A stretch of 62,547 bases of DNA, filler included, from Sphacelaria rigidula (Eukaryota), in NCBI GenBank assembly GCA_964200075.2. It is 8 parts of 8 records of this genome, joined end to end, with 100 filler letters (N's around TTAATTAATTAA, not from the genome) between each part and the next. Parts side by side here need not be neighbours in the genome. Positions count along the whole stretch, not along the records: positions 23,496 to 31,226 come from CAXNAA020013642.1; positions 31,327 to 39,057 come from CAXNAA020013643.1; 6 more parts are not named here. One strand, given 5' to 3'. The stretch's first letter is position 1; each line of letters begins with the position of its first letter. The notes below the pieces were generated by a model. It saw only the letters and a list, made by a program, of their open reading frames with translations, had not been told where the DNA came from and made no database searches. Position numbers and translations under genes: made by a program. Of this stretch, positions 24,815-37,744 are shown in pieces.

Positions 24815-26416
24815 CAGGCTGGTTCACGAAAAAAAAAAAAACACTCATCGGCAAAACTTCACGCCGTTTTAAGGAGTTGGACTCTGAATTTTTGCACAGG
24901 TGTTCTATGGGTCATTACGCAACTTTGTATGGGCGAGGTTTTTTTTACTCTTGGACTTTTTTCGCAGTTTTTTCGGGAAAACTTCGATCCAGTCGGACCC
25001 CCGTAGAACGGTAAAGGGGGGGGGGGGGGGGACCCTCCCCAAAACAGGTGGCGGAGTCAACCGAAAGCACCCCGGGGAAAATTTTGGGCGCATACNNNNN
25101 NNNNNGCATGGTTAGTGTCACGAAGAGCGAGCTCGTGGGTCGGGCTACGGGGCGCGGCGGTGGGGGGGGGGGGGGGGGGGGGGGGGAACCTCGTCCATAC
25201 AAGGTTGCGTAGTGACCCATAGCACACCTGTGCAAATTTTCAGGGTCTAACTCCTTCAAACGGCGTGAAGTTTTTCGCGTTTGTGCTATGAACCTTGCCG
25301 CGCCACGGTGGAACGGCAATCTACGAGATTTTAGCATTAAAATGGCGTTTTCGGGCCTTTTTCGACGTGAACATGAAAATTAAAGCACCAGTTAATCGAG
25401 TTTGGCCTCGAAACTTTGTGGGGTTCTTCCTTGGGTTTTGCTGCGGCAGAGCGTTCGCGAAAAATATGAAAAAACGGCTTGGATCCCGTCGGACCCCCGA
25501 AAAACGGTAAAAAAAGCAATTAGAAAAACCTCGTCAATCGAAACTTGCGTAATGATTCATAGCACATTTGTGCAAAGTTTCAGGGTCTAACTCCTAATAC
25601 ATGCGTGAAGATTTGCGCGCTTGTGCGAGGATGTGAGCTCAAAACGTGCAAACTCTCAACTACTTGGTTTGAGTATGAAAACATCTTTGAGGGTCAATTT
25701 TACGTCAAGGCAGGAAGAATTGTATGAGATGTTCGAGTTTCTCCACCAAAAATTGTACATGTGTTCCTTGGACCATCCCGGGACGCATCATGTTATCATT
25801 ATTTTTTCAAGTCATTCTGTACCGCCGTTCGGGGGTCTCTGTACTGGGACCCCCGGAAGCCGGTAGAGAATGAAGAAACTTTGAAATCTTGTCAAGAACA
25901 AAGATTCTCTGTTTGGGGCATAAATACCTATGGAACTGCCAAGTTTGAGGATGACCTGAGCTTTTCTACAACATATATAAGGGAAATCGTCACGAGGCTC
26001 CCTGGGTCTTTCGTGCGTATGATGAGTGGAAATTAGACGACGCGCAGACTCCACATCACCGAAACATTACGGTTTCGGGTATAATTCGACCCCGTTGGAA
26101 CCGTTTTCAAATCCTTTTCTCCCGTTCGATTCTTGAGGGGATGACGGTCACTACGATTTGAAGCATGTGGAGAATCGGTGGAAATTGGGCTCGGAATTCG
26201 TATTTTCAATTTCGGAACAGTTTGAAAGGTGTGATTGGTCGAGACACATTTTTGTCAACAGCGCCACCGCTATAGCCTTGAAAAAAAATCCGGCCGTGTG
26301 ACCCTCTTCGTATGTTCATTGCGGTCAGTATGATACCATGTGTGCGACTATTGGGTGCGTATTGGGGAAGGCATTCGCTGATGACATAATTTGTTTTTTT
26401 TCCGTGAACCAGCCTG
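24815..26416. mobile_element. Non-autonomous Tc1/mariner-type element, copy 1 (TIR CAGGCTGGTTCACG, TA TSD)
   Basis: TA|CAGGCTGGTTCACG...CGTGAACCAGCCTG|TA. The body is homologous to 34246-36299 and, inverted, to 58779-60242. Confidence 0.85.
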
Positions 26417-26451
26417 TAGTCATTGCGAATTTATATTTGAAGAGGCACACA

Positions 26452-28242
26452 CACACGGCCATTCGGCTACCTTCTAGAGGAATTTTCAAACATCATCCTC
26501 GGTTCCGTCCGTCTTCAAATCCCCTTTAGAGGATCTTGGGTATTCGTAATCCTCTAGAGGATTTTCAATGTTGGGGCCCTCGAAGATTTGTGTCGATATT
26601 AAAATTCCCTGGATTGTTTTTGGGGGCACAAGTGCTATGGAAATCTGGAATTTTCAAAGCTGTTCGAAATAAGTCCTGATTCCCAATCATTGGAATCAGG
26701 CCAAAAGGATTTATTTCGAACAGCAGAGGCTGTGCAAATCCTATATACACTCGCAAACGGAGTTTGTACACCACGAACTGTTCGAAATATATCCTCAGTT
26801 TGCCCACCAATACCTTGAATTGGGCAGGCTCTTATTTTCGAGCAGCTTTTGCTGTTCAAGTCCCACATACGGCACGGTATCGGTGGATGAGAGTCGAGAG
26901 ACATTGGAAGTCGTTGAGAACTCATCCTCTTGTCCCCCATTTCATATCGTGGGCAAGCGGATCTAAGTCTTCATCACCGTCGACTGGTTTCAAATCCCAT
27001 ACATCGATTGCGAATGTATGTACACACAGCCATGCTATGTAGCTTCAGCTTGTGGTTATGACGAATATCTTGTATGAACCTCATATATTTGAACATACAA
27101 GCTTGAAAAGCCCGTTGTCCTGTGTTGACCATTCGAACACCAAAGTGGAGCATTTTTTTGGGTGGAAACGCGAAAAATTATGATCGCGGTTTATCCTGTA
27201 CGTTGATGGCGATATGACCATCACAACAATAAGCATGGTTTGATGCTGTACTGAGCAGTACAATACCGTGTAGGACAGTACCATATCGTGCTTATATACG
27301 TGCTGTGCAATATACTGCAGAGTTAGCGCGGCATATTCGCCACGTGTGGCTAAACAAAGTGGATGCCTGTAACTTTGGGCGCATGGGGGTGTTATATACC
27401 GTCAGCTACTGAGTATACAGGATGCCGGTTCTTGCAGCATACTCACCGCTGCAGCCAGTAGGACGTGAAAGGGAAGCGGACAAAGTACAGTACAGTCAGC
27501 GCAGGACTATATGTATGTTTTCTGCTCACAGTGCGACGTGAAAATGACTTTAACAGAGTGCGCAGCTTTGCCTGCCTGCACTGTCCATGGGTGTGTATGC
27601 AGTAAACCGCCGCCGGTTGTTGCCCGCACCATACCCCGCTGCTCAAGTTCAAACTTCCACCAACAAGACATACATCATGCTCAACTACTACAGTGTGTAT
27701 CTATATCCTTGTGCCCAACTCGTGCTCTTTGCTGCAGGGTTATTGTGGTGGTATTATAGCTGGGAATAAGTGTTGTCGGGTTTGCAATTCAATCTGTGAA
27801 CGGCGGGTGATACGTATATTTTTTCTGGCGTGATGGTCCCCCTGGAAGCAGGACACAAGTGCACAAGTGCTAATGTACACGCTGGAGGATACTGCACGGC
27901 CATGTCTTCCGGAGTCGCAACAAATGCCTTAGAGACCATAGTCGGTCCCTCCGCCAGAGGAATGATGCTCATACTTTCCCCTGCCGTTCATATTTCCCTC
28001 TACGGGACGTTCACGAAAACCACGTGCTCCAGAGCACCATATTTTTGGTCCTCTAGAGGGATTCAGACCTCAGAAGTCACTGAAGCATCAGATGCCCTCC
28101 AGAGGATTCTTTTCATGACCGGAACCGAGTATGAAATAATACCCCCTAGAGGATATTTTTATCCTCCCGAGAGTCACTTCACCCTCGAGAGGATGAGAAT
28201 CGCGATAGAGAATTTCAAGGGGGGTAGCCGAATGGCCGCGTG
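26452..28242. mobile_element. TIR element with CTCTAGAGG subterminal repeats
   Basis: cacacggccattcggctacc ... ggtagccgaatggccgcgtg, with (c/t)ctagagga motifs repeated near both ends. Confidence 0.7.
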
Positions 28243-29179
28243 TACATGGTGCTTGGCGGCGACCTCATCACAACACACACTAGGAGCTGCGTGATGGCTG
28301 TTGGTAGTCGCTGGCAATTTGGACTGTAGTCCGAAGCCGATGAACGATGTTGGCGTGCTGTTCTCGATTGAAGCATCGTTAAGTTGAATGTGAGAAGTCG
28401 ACACAACTTTGAAGAGAAAAGACTCTCCTCGAAAACGGGGTTAACATCGCGGTGAGGTTGAACTGGACTTTGGAATTTCGCGATTTTCGTGTAAATAACT
28501 CGGAACAACGAAAGAAGTTTCGAACGTTCGGCTGGTTTATTTGTGTTGAAACAATGTATGAAATTTAATATATACATTTATACATATCGTGAACGTCTCG
28601 GAACGGCTGCGAAAGGCTGAGAGAACGCGCTTTTGTCGGCTTCTCAAGGGTGTGAAGGGATAGGATGCTACATTTTTCAAGCCTCTGGGGAAAGTCGTGA
28701 ATCACAGAAACATTTTGATGAACAGAACACCCCGTTTTCACCGAATTAAACGTTCCCAACGGAGAAATTGATGTATAAATACAGATTCCTTTTTCTGGAG
28801 CACCAATCCCTACATATCATTACCGGCGATGTATGAAAAAATCGTATTTCTTCACGTGCTTGGGATGCAAGCAAAAGCACCTTTTGTCAGAGATCCGGAG
28901 CTTTGAAAAACAAAATTATTCAAGGGCAGGTCGAGTAGAGTATACTCAATACTCAGTATTTTCGAAGAGTCCTACTTTTAGTACTCAAATTTTGAAAAGA
29001 GCATTTGAGGTCGTACTCAATCTACTCAAAGTTTTGAGTAAAGTATTTGAAATCATACTCGACCTACAGTAGGAGATGAATGGTGGCCAGAGACGGCGAA
29101 ACAGGACGGGGATAAGATATGTAAAATGTTTTTGTGTAATGTATGGAAGGAACGTAATCAGCGCCGGAATATTGAAGGT

Positions 29180-29285
29180 GTCTCTATCAGGAGTAGGAGC
29201 GATGCTCCGTCTCGAAAGGGATGCGTGATCAATGGTCGAACGACTAAGGCAAGCAACAAATGAGTACGCCCTCCCCCCGCCCCCT
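29180..29285 (+). repeat. Dispersed repeat shared with 20635-20740
   Basis: tctctat(c/t)aggagtagga.cg.tgct.cgtctcg.aagggatgcgtg.tcaa.ggtc.aacga.taaggcaagcaaca.atgagtacgcc is present in contigs 3 and 4. Confidence 0.8.
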
Positions 29286-29313
29286 CCTCCGGGATTGAAG
29301 TTTGATAATTTCA

Positions 29314-29960
29314 CTGAGTTACCGGCGTGCCGTGCTTGGTGATGGTATGAACCATGATAATCTTGTGACCCTTTCCTGACGTCCGTCCCATCCCATCCTG
29401 CACGACACCTTCGTCCGTGAAGTAGTACAAGGAAGCCGAGCTGCGCAATTGATGGATAGAGCTTTCATTCATGTAAACAAGGATTGCCCACCCATCATCT
29501 TCCTGCGCGACCGCATCAGCTATCTCAAGAAAGCGACGAATACATGCTTTCCTGACCTCAAGTCATGAGAGGGATGTTGATCCTTCCCCGCCAGCGCCTG
29601 TCCTTGATCCTCTACAGCAGGGCCCGCACCGTGTGGTTTGATATTGGCCCATCATACATCTCCTCTATCCACTCTCGAACTGTGCGTCTGAAGCCTTCCT
29701 GCCCCTTCTCGTGCATCCTGGAGATGACGCCGTTCAGTCGGACGCACTGTTCTCGTCGAGCACCATACGTTTTCCCCCACACCCTGCATGGTACCTGGCT
29801 CGTCCCCCGATGTTGAGAGCAGTTCTTTCTTCTCGAACCAATGTGCCCGAATCTGAAATCCGACAAAAAGCGCAACGAAGAAGTTGAATCACGCTGCGGT
29901 CAAGAATTCGCGCCCGAACACGGCGTAATGCAGTGCAGGATGAAATGCGACATCGACAAT
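29314..29960 (-). pseudogene. IS630/Tc1-superfamily DDE transposase relic
   Basis: Manual translation: HTH-like RRTVREWIEEMYDGPISNHTVRALL, then IRRFLEIADAVAQEDDGWAILVYMNESSIHQ...GMGRTSGKGHKIIMVHTITKHG. This matches the recalled family pattern VYxDES...SGKGxRxIIxHA, with the catalytic D replaced by N. Stops and frameshifts present. Confidence 0.72.
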
Positions 29961-30789
29961 ATATCGTGCTGTAATGTAGAAAGCCCCTCACAGACACCGG
30001 TGCAGTACAACACAACAGCAACGATACTGTGCACCAAGCAGTATATTATAACCAAGAGAGTAAAGGCAGTAGTGACCGCACGGCCCAGCGAAGTACTGTA
30101 CACAAAGTATAAACACAGTATAACTGAGTATCCCAATTTTCAAATTCGTTTATTGTCTCAGGCCATTTCAGATTCGGCATTGGATTTCTGTGACAGAACA
30201 ATGTTTCTTTTTTTTTCAGAATATATTTTGAGAACCAATCAGAATTTTTCAAGAACCTTCCCCTAGCGTGACCCCTCCCACACACTTCAATATTTAATCC
30301 CTATTGTTGAAATACAGAAGTCCTACCGTATACAAGGTTACAAGGTTTCCCTTCGGGAGGTTGGTACGGGCCTCCCGGGGGTGACGCAAGTCGAAAATAT
30401 ATGGATAAGATAGGCTGTTGTATCTCCATGTATAGTAGTGATCGTGGCTGTACAAAATATCGGATGGTGGCTCCGCATAAGGTTGACCAACTTGAGTAAC
30501 ACAAATGGAAGATCGTACAACAGTTGGGCGGCAATAATTTCGACATGTGTGACATATGCGTAGCTGCTCATCAGCTGTGTACGCTGTGCGTGACCTTGCC
30601 AAATCTGTTCAGAACCTGTTGAGAAATGATGGTTTTTGTGAGGCCGCTTCTCATAGACTGACGAAAGTCTTTGAGAGAAGTCATTCCGGACTACTTTTCT
30701 CAGAGACATTTCAGTGAAATCAGTTGTCAAAATCCCACCTTTTAGTTCGTAGAAAATCCTGAGGATTTGTTTACCCCAGGCCATCATTA

Positions 30790-30985
30790 TCCCTTTTGGG
30801 ACCGACCCCCCACTAACACAGGGTTGACCCTGTGTTGGTGAAAGAACAAAAAACAAGTCTTCGAGCGACCTGCCCAATCACGGCGAGGCAAAATTTATCG
30901 ACCAGACCCGAACGACCAGTGCTGGGGTTGTTGGCGAGTATGATGCCACTGTAAAGATCGTGTGGGGACCCTATCCCTGGCCCAG
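30790..30985. repeat. Dispersed repeat shared, inverted, with 51688-51875
   Basis: gggaccgacccccactaacacagggttgaccctgtg...aagatcgtgtggggaccctatccctgg matches the reverse complement in contig 7. Confidence 0.7.
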
Positions 30986-32109
30986 ATAAGCCTTCGCAGG
31001 TTTCCAAGCGCAGGGCGGTCGGAGCTTGGTTGTATGGTATGACTTGCACTCAGTATATCGTTCCCGAGTTTTCCGGTGTTTTTTTTGGGTCTCAATTCCC
31101 TACTAAAACGTAGTAATTCACACTAACACAGGGTCGACCGGAGAAGCCGGGAAGGAGTGTACATGCTACAATGTGATCAATTTCACCACGCCCGAAAACC
31201 AGGTGGGCTGTGGAAAGACAAAAAGANNNNNNNNNNNNNNNNNNNNNNNNNNNNNNNNNNNNNNNNNNNNTTAATTAATTAANNNNNNNNNNNNNNNNNN
31301 NNNNNNNNNNNNNNNNNNNNNNNNNNGGGGTATACGTGGACCAAAAATGGGCCAAAATGGGCATATTTTGACGTCGTTTTAGTATGGATCACTAACTCTT
31401 TTTTCATTTTTTTTTTTGCATCAGCTTCGTCGGCGTTTCATCTTTCGAACGAACCCAACTATAAGATGATCGGAAGGGTTTGAATGCGCAAACGATTAAA
31501 CGTCCATAAGTGCCCAGACTTATGAAACAGAGGAAGTATTACAAAAAAGCAAAGTTCTGTTTTGGTTTTGGTTCGGTTTGGTTTTGGTTCGGTTTTGGTT
31601 CCTCACTTTACTCCTTTTGTTTTACCTGTAGTTTTGTTCTTGTTCAATTTCGTCTTTGCTTGGCTAACGTTCCCGTAATTTTGGCCTTGGGCACATCTAC
31701 CTTGTAACGACGGCTAAATACATCCCACGGGAATCAGTGAATGCGCGACAATTAATCAAGCAAGGTGAGGTATACGCTTCTCACGTGCACTTGAACACGA
31801 TGTCACCGCTCCACATGCGCATTTTGTTCGCAAAACCAACTCTACGGCAGGAGTCGAAGTTTTATAGAAAAATGGGGGGGAAATGGGCAATGGGCGACTA
31901 TAGTCGTCCCCCAAGCTCCGTGTGGCTTGTGGATGGCGTGGGACCACGACTCGCAACACACGGCAGCTATCGGCCTTCTAGAAAACGTTTCTGAAACATG
32001 TTGTCCGGTCAAGAGTGAACCCAGATCACATCACGTTTTCAAGACGTATTCCAAACATACCAATTGTAAACAACAGCGGCATATTCGAATATTACAAGAT
32101 GATACCCAC

Positions 32110-35100
32110 CTCGATTAGCGTGTCTGAACCCGTCAACGCGTCAGTTTCCACTGTGATCAACGGTAGATCCCCATCTTGGTTGTCGCTGGTGAACGTCACC
32201 GTCCAATTAAAACCACCCTGATCGTCAGGTCCTAGCCTCTCCACCTGTTAGTGCGGAGGCGCATTGTCAGTACTATATTGGGCTTGCTCTTCATCCAATC
32301 TGTGGCTTTACGCGACACGTTTCAATTGAATAGCGCTCATTCAATTGTTCGAAACATACTCTTCAGCAACGCGGTCCTGCTCACTAGTGTGTCGATGTAC
32401 GATTTCCGTAACCTGTGCCCTGTCCGTACTTGAGGCCATGGGCTGTTCGAAACGGAGTTGTGTTTTTCAAGTTTTAGAAGGCCTTCAATGTCCATGTTTT
32501 GCAAGATTTGGAAACGATATCGAGTCGAATCACTCCCATGTTTTTACTTTCCAAAACGTTCACCTTTATAATCGCTCTATGATACAAAGAGGCAGCACCC
32601 ATGTCATACGTTTTCACTCACATCTACAGAGTCAATGCTGGGTAAGTCGGTCAAGGCCTCTCCAAGCTCAGACGACGTAGCTCCATATCCAATACTCGCT
32701 GTAGTGTAGCCGGCGAAGCCTAGTCGAAAGTTGCCCCTGATCACGTTCGCATCCTATTCACAGAAAACAAGCAGATGGTGGAAATCACAAGTGGATGGCG
32801 GTTGAAGAGAAGAAAATCCAAGCGACATTGAAACAACGATACTAGCAAATAAACAGAAGACAACAGTGCACCAAAAGGTGAGCACTACGATGCTGTAGGG
32901 GCTCATTTTTTAGCAAGAGAGGGTCAAGACGGACTACAAGAAGAAGTGAGCTTCGAGTATGCAGAAATTTTCGGAAATACACGGGGGCTGTGGCGCGGAA
33001 ATTGGACAGCAACCTCGCTTCAAATAGCAGCATAAAACAAGGACCGATCGTTGGACTTCCAGACCACAGATTTTGGTACTGACATAGAGGAAAATATGTA
33101 CTATTATCACGACCACCATGCTGCTGCTATAACTTCTACACTAGGAGTCCTGCTGCTACCCGTGAGGATAATATTGTTACGATGACGGAAATGATATCAC
33201 CGGGTATTCCCGGCTTGACAGCACGCAGTCTGTCGTGATATTTTCCGTATTTTTTCATGTTTAGATATATTCGTCGCACGTTTAACCTCCGCTCTCCCCC
33301 ACGGAAAGTCCGCGTTCTCAGGGAATCATGCCACCACTCTCCCGGCACTCGTCGTGCACTTCATTTCCAAGGATCGGATCAGCACTCTCGTAGCCCATCG
33401 ACTTTCATCGTACTGAACTATTTGTTCCGCCAGCTTACGCATTCGTGTTTTCGGGTCGCAGATCTAGGATTAAAAAGCTCATGTGGAGATGCTAGGAAAT
33501 GTCAATCCTTGTAGGGCTACTCCGTCTTTTCAGCTCCTTCAGCCCTTCCCAGATGAATGGGAAGATGAATTCGAAATCGTTTTGCCACAGTCTGTACTCG
33601 CTAGCATTCCTTGCTCACTAACAAGGCAAGCGCGTTACCTAGCTAGCCTGGACGTGAGCACACGCGTCCCCTTCCTTTCTGAATTATTCAGCGAACCTTT
33701 CCTTCTACTGGTGCAGGGGCAGATTACCTGGACTGTTGAAGTAGTGATTTCGGCGCCAGTGGACGACAGATCGGCATCCCCGGGCTCGACTGTGAGCTGC
33801 GGCACATCTCCCATGCTAGCGGCAAACGTGACGTTCCAGGTGTAAGTGTATGTCGCCCCCGCGTCTAGCTCGTACGTCGAGGTCACGTTGTAGATAGCCT
33901 CCGATCCAAGATTTTTCATCGCCTGCCAGAGAAACCCATATTTTCACCAAACATCGATTTACCGCAAACAACCGAAGCTTATAAGGGACTATCAAGTAAA
34001 AAAGCGGATACACTGTCTAGGGAAATGATAACGAGAAGCCCCGATTGTGGGTGCTGTGCTGGTCGAAGGATGCACGGAAACCCCATTCAGCTATCTGACA
34101 TACGGTAGGATCAGAATCGCCTATTTACGTTACTGTAAGGATTGAATCATCATGCGCGCACGGTTCCAACAAATAGCAGTATCGCCAGAGGATTCAAAAG
34201 AGCTAGTGCTTGCCAGCCAGTGATTCGCTAAATGCCAAGCAGATACAGGCTGGCTCACGCTGATCAACCTCAAAACACTCATCCGCAAGACTTCACGCGT
34301 TTTTAGGTGTCAGACCCTGAAGTTGTGCACAATTTTGTAATGAGCCATCAGCACCTTGCGAAGGTCGAGTTTATTTTACTTCATGATTTTCTCGCCGTTT
34401 TGCGGGGGTCCCAGGGTTTGGGGTTAATTTAGATCCCGTCTGACCCCCGAAAAACGGTAAAAAACGTACAAAAGTACAATGGTACAAACGAAGAACCTCG
34501 CCCACCGAAAGTTGCGTGACCGCCCATAGCACATTGGTGCAAATGTTCAGGATCTAACTCCTCAACACGGCGTGAATTTTCGCGCGTTTGTGCGATGACG
34601 TGAGCTTCAAGCGTGCAAAGTTCTAACTACTTGATTTTTGAATGAAAACGTCTTATTTGGGTGTATTTATTGGTGTGCTTTTCTTAGCAAATCTGAAGCG
34701 TCTTTTGTTATTCTTTTCACCCGGTTGAACTCGGGAAAGTTTTTCTCATGTTATTCTTGGCTTCTCTCTTCTTATTTTCATTTTGGTAATATATATACAT
34801 ACACATATATATATATATATATATATATGTTGATTGCGTTTGTTCTTGTAATTAGGAGGGTCAGAAAAATATGACGGAAGACTTTATGCCTTGTAAGGAA
34901 TAGCAGGGACGGTATTGGAAAGACGAGTCTACGCCTGTGACCACGGGTTCGAGAGATCGAACCAATGTGCGGAAATAAAGATAAATAATAGGTAACGCCA
35001 AGGAAAACGGGATCTTACAAATTGGGGATGGATCTTTTTGGGGGGATGAGAAACCCGTAGAATTGAAATCGTCGTATCCAGACCGAATCTTTGAAATATG

Positions 35101-37719
35101 GTTCCATTTCTTCACCTACTGATAGCTATTGACAACTGCTACACGCCATAAAAATTTGGATTTCGATCACCGAAATGTCGGGGCCCCGGGTGAAAAAACA
35201 ATTTCGAGGAATTTCGGGTGTCCGAACGGACGACAAAATGGTTCTGAAATTGTTTTCTTCACCTGGGACCCCAACATTGCGGTGACTGAATTTCAAATTT
35301 CCATGGCGTGTAGCAGTTGTCAATAGCTATTGGTAGGTGAAATAATGGAACCATCTTTCGAAAATTTGATGTGGATACGAAGATTTTAATTCTCCGGGAA
35401 TCTCATCCTCAATAAAAGATCCATCCCCAATTTGTAAGATCGCGTGTGAAGGCGAGAAAAACTGTATGAGGATCTCGAGTATCTCTACCAAGCTTTATGC
35501 ACATGTTCCTTGGACTACCCCGGGGTATATCAGCATTATTTTTCTTCTTCTTAGACATTATGTACCGCCTTCCGAGGGTCTTCATACTGAGATCCCCGAA
35601 AGCCAGTAGAGAACGGAGAAACTTCGAAATATTTTGAAGACTACATTTTTCCGTTTGAAACATCAATACCTACGAAATTACCAAGGTCAAGGGCGACCTG
35701 AGCTCTTCTACGACCTATGTAAGGGAAGCCGTCACGAGAGACGCCAAAACCCTCCATCACCGAAACACTATGGTTTCGGGTTTAAATCGATCCCGCAGTA
35801 ACCGTTTTCGAAGCTGTTTTTTATACTCCCGAGCTGGTAGCGGTTGCTAATATTTGAAGCATGTATAGATTGGGTCAAGATTGGGCTTGGAATTAGGCAT
35901 TTGCTTTTTATGCGCACATGTAATATTCATAAATTGTGAGTTCTTGTTGTTCGGTTTTCCACACTAAAACCAAGTAATGGTAACGCCTCGACGGGGTTTC
36001 CGCTTCAAAATGACCACTTTTGAACGAGACACACAAATATTTTGGAAAAAACGCAAAAAACAAAAGCCTACTTGGGATTCGTATGTTCGGTTTCAGAACA
36101 ATTTGAAGAGCGCTGATTGGTCGAGGTACGTTTTCGCCCTTAGCGCCACCGCTATGACCTTAAACACAAATGCGGCTGTGTCACTCGCTTCAGCTGTCTA
36201 TGGCGGTCAGTATAATATGATGTATGCGACTTTTGGGTAGGTATTGCGAAAGGTATTTGCTCATTACTCAATTTTGAGCGGTAAGCGCGAACCAGCCTGT
36301 AGGACGTACAGACATGGTCGTTGACGCACTTGTTTACTATGAACCGGGCGACCCACTGTAGAGTGGTTCTACGGTAGGGGCGCACAATTCTTTTCTGAGG
36401 CTCTATAGTTTTGGAACCTGTCGATGGCAAACATCTGGGCCTTCGTTGGCAGCCTTTGAATTTTTCGAACTAAAAAGTGCATCCCTGCTGTAGCATTACC
36501 CCGTAGGTGTGCGGTATTCTTCCACGGTTCACATTTCTTGCATTCCGATTCTCTCGCGCCAGTATCTGCTAAAGCACCATTTCTGGTCACGGTGGTCTAC
36601 AACGCCAACCCACAGTGATACGCGAGCAAATCGAGGTTTCCAGGCAAACGTACAACTCCTCACTCGCATTAACGCGTGTATAAATCGAAAATTTGGATAC
36701 TCATACTAAAGCGTACCACGATACTTCACGATACCTGGAGGATTCCCTGCATGCTACTTCTCCCGCCGGTAGCATCCGCGTTGTAGGCGATTTCGCCCGA
36801 CGTTTGTACCGAGCCCCCGCTGGACGATAGGTCGAGGGTCAACATGAAGGACCCGCCAGTGGCATCCGAGAGCACGATAGACTGTGCAGCGAGAGTGTGC
36901 GAGCCAAGAGCAGAATGAAAGGTACATACATGATATAATATTATGGGTGCACATGAATTCGTACGTGCAGATTTCAGAAGAAAATTTTGAAACCACGACA
37001 GCAAATTTAATTAATGAACTATCAAACACGGCGGAACACAGCATGTATTCCGGTGAAGCTCTTCCATACGGACACGCGCACCCAGCGTCACATGCATCAC
37101 AAAGCCGATGAGCTCAAGACTATCACTGCTTTTGAGTAAGGCGTTCAGGTTCTTGCTTCCACATGAACATCTTGATCGAGGGGAAAGTGAATCAAATCCC
37201 TCGGTAGAGTGCTCATGGCACACTTAGTGACTTAATATTAACATACATAACACATCAATTCTGAGTTTTGGCATCCTAGGTGACATTGGTAAAAATGACC
37301 TAAACATGCATTCATATTTGTGGTGTACATGAATTTCAAATTAAGTCGGTGGCTGACTCCGCCCGAGGCGGCCGTTCATCAGTCAAAAATGATGCGCAGT
37401 CGATTGAAAGGGAGTCTTCGCGTCATGGCATGAAATGTGGACTCCAGTATGTGAAATTGCATGGGCACTCTCCATGTTCTCATCCCTGGCGCTTCATTCT
37501 ACTCAAAGCTCTCAAGAGTGCTTCTCTGCTCGAGGGTACTTGAAGTTGCAAGGGGCTCACCTGAACTTCCATGCTTTCGTTTGCTGATACGACTATCTGT
37601 TGAATTTCATCTACATCGTCCGCCGTGGTTGTGATGGACTGGATCTCATTCGGAGTAGTGTCAGCATACGTCTTTATCCACTGAATCTCTCGCGTACCGG
37701 GGTCTGTGTCCCACTCCAC
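32110..37719 (-). CDS. Partial gene for a giant stramenopile titin-like repeat surface protein; exons 37719-37561, 36881-36735, 33922-33728, 32753-32622, 32244-32110
   Basis: Five exons with canonical AG/GT sites join in frame: VEWDTDPGTREIQW...NEIQSITT...EVQ|SIVLSDATGGSFMLTLD...MQGILQ|AMKNLG...YTWNVTFAASMGDVPQL...|DANVIRGNFRLGF...LGEALTDLPSIDSVD|VERLGPDDQGGFNWTVTF...GDLPLI. The motifs EIQ/EVQ, GxFxL, LxxALxxL, WxVTF and GDxPxL are recalled as typical of oomycete/brown-algal titin-like proteins. Confidence 0.85.
34246..36299. mobile_element. Non-autonomous Tc1/mariner-type element, copy 2 (intronic, with nested insertions)
   Basis: TA|CAGGCTGGCTCACG...CGCGAACCAGCCTG|TA. Interrupted by a retroposon tail (~34660-34990) and the 35006-35446 MITE. 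Confidence 0.8.
35006..35446. mobile_element. Near-palindromic MITE (~440 bp)
   Basis: gatcttacaaattggggatggatc ... gatccatccccaatttgtaagatc. The arms pair over ~200 bp, producing the mirrored ORFs 35126-35323 and 35129-35326. Confidence 0.85.
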
Positions 37720-37744
37720 CTGTCGAAAAAGTCCACACGTCGGA

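Noticed and set aside
35126..35326. Pair of near-identical overlapping sense/antisense ORFs; similar case at 58037-58293
   Set aside because: By-product of palindromic MITE sequence.
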